Assembly: GCF_048593235.1 (NCBI RefSeq)
Contig: NC_133618.1
Location: 497,507,675 to 497,571,674, forward strand
Direction: 5' to 3'
Source of the DNA: Sminthopsis crassicaudata
Lineage: Eukaryota
DNA: 64,000 nt
Both the position numbers and the translations under genes were made by a program. The number at the start of each line of letters is the position of its first letter. Positions within the stretch are counted from its first letter, which is position 1. Positions 26,111-37,932 of this stretch are shown here, in pieces. The notes beneath the pieces are model-generated. The model worked only from the letters and a program-made list of their open reading frames with translations. It was not told where the DNA came from and made no database searches.

Positions 26111-26251
26111 CGCCCAGCACGCCTGGGAACTGTAGTCACAGCCGGGGAGTATCCTTTCCGGCTGGTAGGACGAGGCGCAGAGCATTCTGGGAGGGGCGAT
26201 CGGTAGCGACTAATGAGGAAGGCATTGAGAGGCATCCCGGGAAGCGTAGTC
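26111..26251 (-). promoter_or_regulatory. Three ZNF143 (SBS/ACTACA) type motifs
   Basis: Minus-strand reads: gactacagttcccaggcgtgctgggcg (26111-26137), ctcccagaatgctctgcgc (26175-26193), gactacgcttcccgggatgcct (26230-26251). Confidence 0.8.
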
Positions 26252-27751
26252 CTTGCGTCGGGCCTGCTGTAGGTTGGTAGGGAGAGGGAAAAGCGGAGAA
26301 GAGCGGCTGGCGCGAGTAAGGCTCTGAGAAACCGGTGTAACCCTGGGACTGGGCCAAACCAAACCAAGCCAGCGAGGGGAGGTGGGTGGTAGGGCGTGAA
26401 GACTGCTTCGAGCCAAGCACCTAACACCGGGGAGAGGAGTCCGAGGGGGCCGGAAGGGGAAGGGACGGGATAGGGAGGGAGGAGCAGCCGCGGCAGGCGG
26501 GCGGGCTCCGGGCGGCTCCTGCCCCTCTGCTGCCATGGAAACGTTGACCCCGACCTCGACCGTGTCCCTCTCCTTTCCCCCGTCGGACCCCACTGACGTG
26601 AGAGGAATAGGTCAGCTCTCGCGTTTTACAGATGGAGAAACTTAGGGTTGGGGAGCGGACCCGGCTTGGAGGTTGGGTCTCTCCCCACACCCCCCACGTT
26701 GGCCATCATTTCCTTTCCCAGCGTTCCTCCTCTTCTCCCCCTCTCAGTAAGGAGACGGCAAAAATAAATATCCATGGCGGGGAATGGGAGCCCCTGAGAA
26801 ATTGCTGTCCCTTTTGAAACCACTGTACTTGTGCGGAGCCAGCCGCTCGGTCCCTCTCTCCGAGCCCTGGCCACGAACTCTGGATTAAAGCGGGAATGGA
26901 GAGCGTGCAGTCTGCACAGAATTCCACACAGTAGATCATGCGCTGGCGTGCACACTTGTTGAGGAACCTCGGTCCATCCTGGGTCAATCACTATTCTTTA
27001 CTGCAAGAAAAGGAGGCGCTGTATCATATCCAGAAAGGTTGTTAAATCGATCCTGATCATTGGGGAAGTTAACATTGCTGATAGGAATCCGTTAGGAGAG
27101 GAGAGAAAAAAATGCAGAAATGACATCATAAAAAATCATTAAAACTTTTTAAGGATATGAAAAGTCAAAAAAAAAAGGCACATTAAAATTGAGATCATGA
27201 AGCTAAACAAGACCCTAGGATTGTTGATTTGTGATCATGTGATCTTCTAAAGATATCTTAGTACGAATCTATACAATTGTTTATTGATTTTTTGTTACTT
27301 AAAAAGTGGTTTGCGTCGAGTTATCCTATGTGTATGCGTCAGAGAACTTTCATTAGGATTAGGAAGCCAAGCACTTTTGCAATCATTTTGAAATGAAATC
27401 TTAATTATGCTTTTAAAGGTGATCACAAATCCATAAAAACCCACTTGAAGGGCATTAAACCGATTGTTACTATCTATTCCATAAATGGTAATTCATTATG
27501 AATTAAGGAAAGTCTGTCAACTTTGTACATTTCCCTGACAATGCTTTATTAAAGAACTCTTGATTTTATATCAGAATCATTAATATCTGATGCTTCCTGT
27601 AGGTTTGTGTATATTTATGGTATCATTGTGTGGCTTTTATGTTTGTTTGCAGACACATCTATCACCACCAGAATATGGTGGAGCTTCTTCCTTCTGCCTA
27701 AATTTTGACAGCTCAGTGGATTTGGCTTATAGGTGTTGAACTATTACCAGA

Positions 27752-27832
27752 ATGCTCCGTCGAAAACCTACTCGCCTGGAGCTGAAGCTAGATGACATTG
27801 AAGAATTTGAGAGTATCCGAAAGGATCTAGAG
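27752..27832 (+). CDS. CDC26: CDC26 (APC/C subunit APC12), first coding exon ([27 protein letters not shown])
   Basis: Signature N-terminus; gtaagc donor at 27833; probable acceptor ttttgacag at 27710-27711. Confidence 0.97.
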
Positions 27833-27857
27833 GTAAGCTGCTACAGCTTGCGGATTG

Positions 27858-28015
27858 TTTTATTTTTGTTTGTTTGTTTGTTTTTGCTGAGGCAGTTGGG
27901 GTTAAGTGACTCGTCCAGGGTCAAACAGCTAGAAGTGTTAAGTGAGATCGCATTTGAACTCAGGTCCTCCTGACCTCAGGGCTGTGCTGTGTCCACTGCG
28001 CCACCTAGCGGCCCC
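27858..28015 (-). mobile_element. WSINE1-like SINE just inside the CDC26 intron
   Basis: Minus strand reads ggggccgctaggtggcgcagtgg...; diverged ggatt.tttta copies flank it. Confidence 0.88.
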
Positions 28016-28329
28016 TTGGGGGATTTTTTAGGGGGATTTGCTATCTTAGTCTAAATATTCTATCTAGGAGACTATTTCAGTTGGGAGAAGAATCCTAAAA
28101 AGAGTTTTTAGGGTAGATGTCCACATCATTACTTGAAAGAACCTTGACTTGAAAATCACTTCACAGAAAAATAAGCACTTTTATACAGGATACATGTATA
28201 AATTTGAAACAATAAAAAATTTTATATTATGTAGCAAGAAGGGCAAACCACACATGAATCTGAAACTGGATCATTTTGCATGCAGTAGTGAATTTGAATA
28301 GATTTTATTATGTATTTTAAAAGTTTGAT

Positions 28330-28565
28330 GGGGTGCCAAGTGGTATGGTGGTTTGAGTCTGGAGTCAGGAAGACCTGAGTTTAAATATAATCTCAGACAT
28401 TAGTTTTGTGACCTTGGGCAAGTCATATAACCCTGTTTGCCTCAGTTTCCTCATCTCAAAAAAGAGATGGCAAACTACTTGAGTGTCTTTCCCAAAAAAT
28501 ATCCCAGATGAGGTTATAAAGAGTCAAACACAATTGAAAATAACAAAACTAACCAAGATTGAACA
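28330..28565 (+). mobile_element. MAR1-like SINE
   Basis: Head, core and gatggcaaactact...aaagagtcaaacacaattgaa tail. Confidence 0.8.
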
Positions 28566-29195
28566 AAAAAAGCTTGAATTTTATTATATCTCATTAATTA
28601 TATATATTTATTCTAAAAATTGTATTTTCTCTATTATTAAAATGTTTTGTAAACCCACTTTCCTTTCCTCTAAAGGACTGTAGAATGCTTTCAGCATCAT
28701 AATTTTTAATTTTAATAAACCTGGGCCTCTGGCATGTCATCATCCTTTACTCCATATTTGTATGAAGGCTTTCAGTATGACTCCTTGTTGGGAATGCACC
28801 CTGATTTGCCTGCTGTTGGCGATGTGTGTTGGGTATAAAGGAATGTTACAGACTCCATGATTTCAGAACAAAGTCAGAGATCTTAAGTGAAGGGTCCATA
28901 TGAGGACCAGAAAACACAGTTTGGGACACAGTCTCATTTTAAAAAAGAGAACCACAAATGTCAAATTGAAGAACTAGAAGTGAACCACAGAGTTTGGGCA
29001 CAGGGCTAGGGAAAATAGAGCTTTACAGGTTTCATGCCAGGAATTCAGGTTTCCCAGAACCTAGGAGCCAGAATTCTGGTTTTCTCTGGTGATTTCCTCT
29101 TTGGGAGCTTCACATACCAATGAAATCACTGGTTGAACCCAACCCTCCCACCCACCCAATCAATTTCCAAAGTTTTTTGGAGACTAAGTCTTAGG

Positions 29196-29661
29196 AGGCT
29201 GATTTCAGACAAGCTTGGAGAGACTTACATGATCTGCTGCTAAGTGAAATGAATAGAATCAAGAGAGCATTGTACACAGCAACATTAAAATTATGTGATG
29301 ATAAGCTGTGATGGACTTGGTCTTTCCAAAAAGGAGTAATTTAAGGCAATTTCAATAGACTTGTGATGGAAAGAGCCATCTGCATCCAGGGAAAGATTGA
29401 AGATGAATCACAGCATAATATTTTGACCCTTTTTTGCTGTTTGCTTTCTTTTGCTTTCTCATTTTTCCCCTTTTGACCTGATTTTTCTTGTGCAGCATGA
29501 TAAATGTAGAAATATGTTCAGAAGAATTGCACATATTTAACCTGTATTGTGTTGCTGTTTAGGGGAAGAGGAAAGATTTGGAAAACATGGCTTTGTAAGG
29601 GTGAATGTTTAAAACTATCTTTTCATGTATTTTGAAAAATAAAAAAACTATTTTTTAAAAA
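29196..29661 (+). mobile_element. 5'-truncated L1 3' end with diverged TSD
   Basis: L1 3'UTR text. gagactaagtcttagg (29180-29195) matches gagaataagtcttggg (29662-29677) at 14/16. Confidence 0.8.
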
Positions 29662-30326
29662 GAGAATAAGTCTTGGGGGTGGGGGGGACAGTCAGAAGCT
29701 TTGGTTGTAATGAGGCTTATGAAATGCCAGCATGTTGAACTTTGATTCTGCTGCATCAGCTAACCAATGTTGAGTCACTAGTATCACCAATACAGTTAAC
29801 ATGAAGATTTACCCAATCAGCAGGGCAGGTGGACATTACAAGAAAATTCAGCTAGCTTAAAACATTGGGTTTGCTATAGAAGTCACTCAGGTTGGTGCAC
29901 TGCCACATTTTGAGATCTAGAACCCAGTTCTGTGTCATGCATACCTAGGCTTTTCAGATGACTATTTCTTAGGGCTGATGTATCCATAGTCAGACTCTAA
30001 TCACTAAATTAGATGTTTGCACAGCGAAAGTTGACTTTGGGAAGTACATGGAGTGGTGGTGATAGTGATAGAGGAATACTGCCTAAAAAGATTCACGTAG
30101 CAACAGTGAATAACTATTTCATTTAGCAATTTTCTTTTCTTTCATGGCTTGAAGCAATGTATATAGTAACACTTGTGTGTATGTGTGTCCTGTAAAAGAA
30201 TATATTTGCCTTCTGATATATGTAGATCACATGTCAGGAAGCCAATTAAGGCAGTCTCTGGTCTGTTTTACACAGTGATTTCAGAAGCTTGATTTTTAGT
30301 TTTTCCCCCAACCTCCCCCCAAAAAG

Positions 30327-30563
30327 CCTTTTGTTGTTGTTGTTCAGTCATGTCTGACTCTATGACCTGATTTGAAGTTTTCTTGTTGAAGACACTAGAC
30401 TGGTTGGAGCTCATTTTACAGATGATGAAATGGAGCAAACAGGCAAGTGACTTGCCTAGGATCACACAGCCAATAAATATCTGGGGCTGGATTTGAACTT
30501 ATAAAATTGTGTCTTTTTGACACTTAGGCCCATCACTCTATCCATTATGCCACAGAGCTGCCC
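30327..30563 (-). mobile_element. MAR1-like SINE
   Basis: (gtt)n tail, ttcagtcatgtctgactc, core aagtgacttgcctaggatcacac, head agagctgccc. Confidence 0.85.
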
Positions 30564-30765
30564 TAAAAATCTCCTTGAGCAGAAATTTAATTATATTATT
30601 TATTAGTGGTATAGGTTGGAGATCTAGTAAACCTGGAGAGATTGGGTTTTTGGTTTTTTTTTTTTTTAAACTTGTGTCTTATGGAAAGTATTTGCTCAGA
30701 TAAAATATTTTGAATTTACTATTTTTAAATGATCAGAGTAAGCAATAGCAGAATAATGAAATATA

Positions 30766-30990
30766 GAGGCAGTTAGATATCATGGTGGATAGAATACTGG
30801 AAGTAGATTCAAGAAGATTAAAGTTCAAATATGGTTTCAGAGACTTGCTTTATGACCTGGACCAGTCACTTAGCCTCTATCTGTTTCCTTTTCTGTAAAA
30901 TGGGGATAGTAATTACACTTATTTCCCAGAGTTGTGAATACAAAATGAGATCATATTTGTAAAATACTTTACAAACCTTAAAGTATTAAA
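30766..30990 (+). mobile_element. MIR/MAR-type CORE-SINE
   Basis: gaggcagttag head; tctgtaaaatggggatagtaat core; aaaccttaaagtatt tail. Confidence 0.75.
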
Positions 30991-31459
30991 TAAACATCAT
31001 CATATAGTAATTTAACTATCTAATGAAAGGTTTCAGATTTAATATGTTTTCATCATTACCTCTTAGGAAGCTATTATCATTTTCAGTTTTATTAATTTTC
31101 ATAATCAAGATAGAGAAGTTTAAGATACTTATTCTATTCACTAGTCTGCTCATTTTAAAAAGATAAGTAAAAAAAAAAGTAAGTGAAGCAGAGAATTTGT
31201 AAATTCAAGGTAGTCATTTTGTGAGTGAGTGCAAAGGTTTTTTTTAAAAGGTATTTATTTACCAGACTTTATCAAAATATTGAAAGAATTAAGGCTTTTG
31301 TTAATATAATAAAAAAGTAATATTGTTCCAGTGTGAATCTTACTGCAGGTAGGGTCAGCTGCAAAGGTATTGTTTTAGCTTCCTTTTTCTTTATCATGAG
31401 TATTCTGAACAGTACACTAACTCATTCATGCATTATTTCTAAATTTTTTCTATTTTCAG

Positions 31460-31636
31460 ACCCGTAAAAAACAAAGAGAAGAGGTGGATGTAGTGGGAGC
31501 CAGTGATGGGGAAGGAGCTATTGGCCTGAGCAGTGACCACAAGACCCGAGAACAAATGATCAATGACCGAATTGGTTATAAGCCTCAGCCCAAACCCAAT
31601 AATCGTTCATCTCAGTTTGGAAGCTTTGAGTTTTAG
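31460..31636 (+). CDS. CDC26: CDC26 last coding exon ([22 protein letters not shown]...SSQFGSFEF*); total 85 aa
   Basis: tattttcag acceptor; TAG ends at 31636; in frame with the 81-nt upstream exon. Confidence 0.97.
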   Translation, partial: TRKKQREEVDVVGASDGEGAIGLSSDHKTREQMINDRIGYKPQPKPNNRSSQFGSFEF

Positions 31637-31851
31637 AATTTATAGAAAAAATTTTCCTCTGCAAGCCTTTGAAAAAGCAATGAGGTGAAGGAAAAGTTAA
31701 AATATTTACAGAACTGAATGCTTAAAGATTATCAAAATAATTTGACTTCTTGAGATCCTAGTGAGGCTTAGTTTCTTTATTCAAGAAAAATTTGAACTCT
31801 TCTGGAATATTGTCATCTTCCTCTACAGAGAAATTGTATTTTGTTTTTTAA

Positions 31852-31870
31852 AATAAAGACAAGAAATAAA
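31852..31870 (+). terminator. Candidate CDC26 polyadenylation signals
   Basis: AATAAA at 31852-31857 and 31865-31870, about 220 nt after the stop. Confidence 0.55.
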
Positions 31871-33039
31871 TAAGTAAAAACAAAAATAAAGACAATTTTA
31901 GAAAATGAAAATGTTTGAGTCGATTACCAATGAGTGGGAACTTATGTTTTAGCCCCAAGAATCCAAGTGGATGTTGCTTTGGAAAATAAAAAAAAAAAAT
32001 TTCTCCATTAGAAGCTACAATAAATGAAGTTTTTGTCATTTGGTAATACACTTGATGAAGGCATAATAGTATCTGGAGGTACCCTTTCAGGCTAGGGTAG
32101 TGTCATCCTTTTCGTATCTAAGTAGTTTTCTTTGTGCTTTTCTTACTTTCTTCAAAAGTTATGGACAAGTCCAGATGATTTTCCTTTGGCTCAGGATTTC
32201 CTGAAACTTTCTCCATGCCCTTGGGGAGGCTAAGTTTGTGGCAGGTCCCATTTTCAAACTGCCTTACACCTTCCCCTTCTTTCTTTCATTTTCCTTTTCC
32301 AATCTTCAACTGGAAAACAAAGGAAAACATAACCAACCCTTGTAAGAAATAAACAAGCAAAATAAATATCTGTTTTGCCATGTCTAAAATCAGATCTCAT
32401 TCCGTATCTTTCAGCTACTACTTCTCTACCTTCAGCTTCCAGAGGAAGTGGGAAGAGAAGAGATAGGTGCCCCATGTGTCTCCAGCTTCTGGAGAAAGAA
32501 GAGGAGGATATATTACCTTCCTCCCCTGCTATTTCCCACCTAGACTCCTGCCTTCTGTGAGAGTGGAATGTGGAGAGGTGGCCATCTTACCATTGCATCT
32601 TGAGCATTTCCTTTTTAGTCTCAAGCCTCATGTGGAAGAAATGCCATTCCATCACACCAGTCTCCTGTTCTGAGATGAGGGAGAGGGAGCCATCCACCAA
32701 TCAGGTGTCCTGCCTTGGGAGAAGAAGAGTATTCATTACCATTTCTGCTCCAAGTTCTTATTTCCTCATTTGAATTGCCCAGTGCTCTGAAGGGATTGAG
32801 ATCATAATACTATTGACAATGAAAATATATAAACTTTTCACTTAAATGATTTAACACCTTACCCCCTCCCCATCTCCATGATTCTGAATCCTAGTAGATT
32901 GTCATCTACTTTTCCTGATTGCCCAGAGGATGATTCCTTATATACATACATAGATATACCCAACCAAATCTCAACTAAAAGTTTCCCATCCCTTCCACTG
33001 TATCTTCTGGAATGCCTGTTCCAAGGGAACAAATATTTT

Positions 33040-33170
33040 CATCTTAATATATATATAAATTTTATATTACATTATAAATTAAATTATATATTTATATTAT
33101 ACATATAATATATATATATAATATTATATATGTATATATATATAATATGATTTTATATATATACACAAAA
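33040..33170. repeat. AT-rich low-complexity / (TA)n tract
   Basis: Directly visible. Confidence 0.9.
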
Positions 33171-33989
33171 TTCTTTCTATTTTCTGGCTCTCATTGAGAC
33201 CTCGCTCCCAGTATTGGCTGTACTATTATTCATTCCCCATTCTTCCCCTTCTTACTCCCCAACTTCTTCCCGAACCCCAAACATAATACTCCTTATTTGC
33301 CATTGTTACTTTTAGGTCTTCCTTAATGAGTCTAATACCTGGTTCACCATCTTTCTTTCCTTCCCAACTCCTGTTCTACTATGGGACTTCAGCATAAAGA
33401 TTGATAGATACCCCCTTTAGTTGATACTCTCAGGTCCTCAATTTAATTTTCCATGATCTACTCCTCTATCTTATTTCAGAGAAAGATGAACATATCCTTG
33501 ATTTTGCCAGTATCCATAAATGAATCACCTGAATTCATGAACTCAAATTTCTTTGTCTGATTATAGATGATTGGCCTTCCACCTTTCTCTGAGCCTCCCA
33601 AAACCAAACCCTTCTCTTAATCTACACCATGAGCTCCAATCCTTTAATTCAGTTCTCTCCCTGGCCATCACCCCCATATTAGCCACTCATTCAATCAACA
33701 AGCATTTGTTAGGGGCTTAATATGTGCCAGACTACTGTGCTAAGAGTTGGGGATACAAAGAAAGGCAAAAACATTATGTCTCCAAAAACTTAACATCTTA
33801 ATAAAGAAATTATATACAAAATTTAGTACATATAAGATACGAAGAGTTGATTGGAAGTCATCTCTTAAAAGGCAGGTACTACCTGTTTGAGCTGAGTCTT
33901 GAAGGAAGCCAGGGAAGCTAAAGGGGAGAGCATTCCAGGCATAGGCTAAAGCATGTGACAAGGAGTAAAGTAATTTTGGCATTTTTCCC

Positions 33990-35300
33990 CTCCATTACAT
34001 TTTTAAATTTTGAATTTAAGAAATATAATAACCATTTCCAAAGCATAATGGAAAAAGATTTCCCTGCAAATCTATTGTGTTCTATTATTTTCCTTTTAAA
34101 TATATAATAAAGTTATATCTTTTTTTCATCTCTCCTTCCCCCTCATGGCCACCATGAGACATAAATTATACAATGTTCTCTTGGATTTACTTGTTTTGTT
34201 CTTCATTACTTTCATACAACTCTTTCCATGTTTTTCTAAAATCATTGAGCTCATTATTTCTCATAGCACAGTAGTGAATCATATCAACACAATCATATAT
34301 CACAACTTGTTTAGCTATTCCACAACTGACAGCCTACAAAATCTAGTTATTTGCCTACCATAAGGAAAAATGCTATAAATATTTGTGAACATATGGGTTC
34401 TTTCTTTTTGCCCTGATAATCTTGGGAAATTCCAGAGTCAAAGGGTATAGGCACCATGAAGGGTATCGAATTCTCCAAAATCTAAAAAGAAGGGAGGGAT
34501 GGGCAGACAAAGAAGCAAAGGGTGAGGGAAAAAGACAAGGGAGGGATTTATGGGTGGGTGGAGGTTAAGTAATAGCAAGGCAAATTAAGCAGAATTAAAG
34601 CAGAGTCAGAAAGGATAGGAAAGATGTATGTATACGTATATACTTGCATATATACACATAAATATGTCCTTTCTTAACTATAGCCTGCTTGGGGATCAGA
34701 AGGGGATAAAAAAGATGTGCAGCAGAGAACAAAAGAAAAATTTACAAGGAAGTAAAGAAAAGATGGACACTTAGGAATATAATTTCTTTTATTAATATAC
34801 TTTCATGAACTGGTAATCTGTTGTTATATATTTTGAATCCTCCCTGATGTTCTGCTGAGCACATGACAGTGTTGTCTTTTATTTCTTTTTTTTTTTTTTT
34901 TTTTTTGGTATTCTGTCTTTTAAAATAAATTAGGGTAAACAAAGGGTACAAGCAGTTTTATAATTCTTTGGGCATAATTAGAAAGTGCTCTCCAAAATGA
35001 TTGTATTAATCCACTATTAGTTATTATCCCAATTTTTCCATATTCCCTCTAATATTTGTCGTTTTCCCCTTCTTGTTTTAGCCAATCTGATAGATGTAAA
35101 ATGATGTCTCAAGGTTGTTTTTAATTTGCGTTTCTCTAATAATAAACCAATATTGCTAACCCTCCTTCCTTTACATTTTTTCATTAGTTCCTTTGATTTT
35201 CTTGACTTTTGTTCTTCCAAATGAATTGTTATTAATTTTTTTTTAACTCAGCAAAATAATTTTTTGGTAATTTAATTAGGATGGCATTGAACATAAAGAT
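33990..35300 (-). mobile_element. L1 fragments (-) containing a plus-strand insert at about 34455-34939
   Basis: Minus ORF 35017-35220 carries LKTTLRHHFTSIRLAK. caaagggta is duplicated near 34440 and 34940 around the insert, which ends in aataaa. Confidence 0.7.
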
Positions 35301-35419
35301 TAATTTAGGTAAAAGCGTAAGTTTTTCAAAGCCAAACAAAAGATCTTATTTTTGATCTTGGAGGTAATATAGAGCCACTGTCAGTAAATATTTTTAGAAT
35401 TGATAATATGTGACTCTTA

Positions 35420-35670
35420 ATAGGTGTAGCTAGGATGCAACACTGGCCCTGGAATCAGGAAGACTCATCTTCATGAGTTCAAATCCTGCCTCTAATACAT
35501 ACTAGCTGTGTGATCCTGGGCAAGTCACTTAAATGTTTGCCTCAATTCCTCATTTGTAAAATATATTGGAAAAGGAAATGGCAAACCACTCCAGTATCTT
35601 TGCCAAGAAAACCCTCAATGGGGTTATGAAGAGTCAGATATGACTGAAATGATTCAAGAACAACCAAAAC
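35420..35670 (+). mobile_element. MAR1-like SINE
   Basis: Well-preserved tail ggaaatggcaaaccactccagtatctttgccaagaaaaccc...gaagagtcagatatgactgaa. Confidence 0.88.
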
Positions 35671-36639
35671 TGCTATCTTGTCTATGCCAGACTAATTAAA
35701 AACAACTTTCTTAACTTGGCAGTCTCTTCTTCAAAGTATTTACTGAAATTACAATTAAATATTTCAACTCTTCACCCAAAACTCTGATCCTCATAAATTA
35801 ATCAAAGTGTTAATCATTTTGCACAAAAACAATTATTTCCCAATTCCAGAATGAGTAATTACTCCCAAATGCTGTTTTATCTTCCCAGATCATTACACAA
35901 TCAAGTTCTCTGTAGGTTATTAAAGACAAAATTTTACTGCCCATTCGCAATCCCATAAAAACTAGAGAACTACATATTGCTGTCAGCTTCCCTCTGATAA
36001 ACCCTTATTTAATTATCACTAATCTCCCACTCTTACACTAATTAAAAAAGCTGCCCAAAGTGGTTTTCACTGCAAAATTAATTATATATACTGAAAGGTC
36101 TATTCTAAAACAAAGTCATGCCAGAGCAACTAAGAATTCTACCTGAAAACTAGCAGAGTCCATTATTTTCTAGCTATGTCTAGGTATCATATCAGTAGAA
36201 GTGATCTGGAAGGTCAGTCTCTACTTTCTTCATCTTTACCCAGAGTGAACCAGTTCAACTCAATTATTGTCTTCTTCTTTTGAGCCCCTTTCCCCCTTAT
36301 TATTCATACTCTGCTAATCTTCCATCTTGAATAACTCCCCTCAGCCACTGCCTTTGTTCCTATATACCAACTACTGAGTGAAGTGGAAGAAAAATCACTC
36401 CACCTTCTTGACCAGGGCCTGTACATGTTTATGTTACATAACTTGAGCCAGGTCTCACTGCTGCTAAACAATCCTTTTGCATTACCCTAATTCACAATTC
36501 CACTTTCCACACTGATCCTTTCAAACCTTTTCATCTCTTTCCAAATCTCCCATGGTTTTCCCCTCTACTACTCTCTAAGCTGAGAATATTGCCTTATATT
36601 GTTTTTTTTTTTTAAATTAAATCTTTTTATTTTTTAAAA

Positions 36640-37175
36640 CAGGCAGCTAGGGAGCGCAGTGGATACAGCACTAGCCCTGAAGTTCAAATGGACCTGAGTT
36701 CAGTTGCCCTAAAATATTTAACACTTCACTTAACCCCAATTGCCTCATCGGTGAGGGGGGAGAAGTATGATCAATTCTTCAACATTAGTCCTTGCAAAAC
36801 CATGTATACCAATTCCCTCCTCTTCCCCCACTCCTTCACCTAGTTGACAAGTAGTCCAGTATATTTTAAACATGGTAGAAATATATGTTAAATCCAATAT
36901 ATGCATACATATTTATACAATTATCTTGCTGCACAAGAAAAATCAAATCAAACCAGAAAAATAAAATAAGAAGCAAAATAAAATGCAAGCAAACAACAGA
37001 GAGTGAAAAAGTTATATTGTAGTCCACACTCAGTTCCCACAGTCATCACAGAACAATTGGAACTGGTTTGAATCATCTTGTTGTTGAAGAGAGCCTCATC
37101 CATCAGAACTACTCATAGTATAGTCTTGTTGCTGTGTATAATGAAATCCTGCTTCTGCTCATTTCATTTAGCACT
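36640..37175. mobile_element. Degenerate WSINE1 (+, about 36640-36750) next to an L1 3' fragment (-, about 36770-37175)
   Basis: SINE head ggcagctagggagcgcagtgg; L1 3'UTR text on the minus strand. Confidence 0.75.
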
Positions 37176-37273
37176 AATTCATGTAAGAATCTCCATTGCC
37201 TTATGTTTTACAGAAAAAAATAAGGCTATTTGCTGAAAGCTCTTCCATATCTCACACCATCCACATGACATGT

Positions 37274-37445
37274 GGCAGCTAGATGATATAAGGGATTAAG
37301 CACCAGGCCTGGAATCAGGAGGACCTGAGTTCAAATTCAACTTCAGACACTGTGTGACCTTGGGCAAGCCACTTAATCCTACTAGCTTGTTTCTTCATTT
37401 GTAAAATGAGCTGGAAATGGAAATGGCAAATCATTTGCAGTATTC
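37274..37445 (+). mobile_element. MAR1-like SINE
   Basis: ggcagctag head; ggaatcaggaggacctgagttc B-box; ggaaatggcaaatca tail. Confidence 0.8.
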
Positions 37446-37932
37446 AAATGCCTTCTGTCACTATGACATTCTTCATCTCTTCCCAAATGATGAGGTAGCT
37501 CTTCTCTATACCAAGGGAAACCTCTACTTGGGTTAAGTCATCCCATTCCATCCTATTTGGTCCAGCAAATTATCCCTCTGTCTTTTCAATCCTTCCATTA
37601 ATCTTTAATCTCTCCTTATTGGCTGCCTTGCTACTACCTACAAACATATCCAAGTTTTCCCCATTCTCAAAACAAAAGCCCTTTCTTATTCTGATCATCT
37701 ATCTGCTCTTTTTTTTCTGCTATTGTCTCATACCTCTCCTACATTTTAATGGCTTTGAAAAGACCATCCACAACAGCTATGTCTACTTATTTTATTTTCA
37801 TTCTCTTCTTCTTAACTCCTTATAGTCTTAACTCTATTCTCATTCAGCCAAAAAATTTTCCAAAGTTACCAATTATCTTAAAAAAAAAAAAAAAAAAAGA
37901 CATATGGTTTACATAATTTCAATTCTTACTCA

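Larger units (their letters stand above)
25480..26960. promoter_or_regulatory. CpG island and bidirectional promoter of PRPF4 and CDC26
   Basis: High CpG and GC content; head-to-head genes; ETS-like ccggaa cores near 26059, 26076 and 26449; ZNF143-type motifs. Confidence 0.9.

Noticed and set aside
25492-26991. Many 60-134 aa ORFs across the PRPF4/CDC26 CpG island, including minus-strand MAAEGQEP
   Set aside because: Stop-poor GC-rich sequence. The true PRPF4 start is MASSRAAAT at 25952, followed by a canonical donor.
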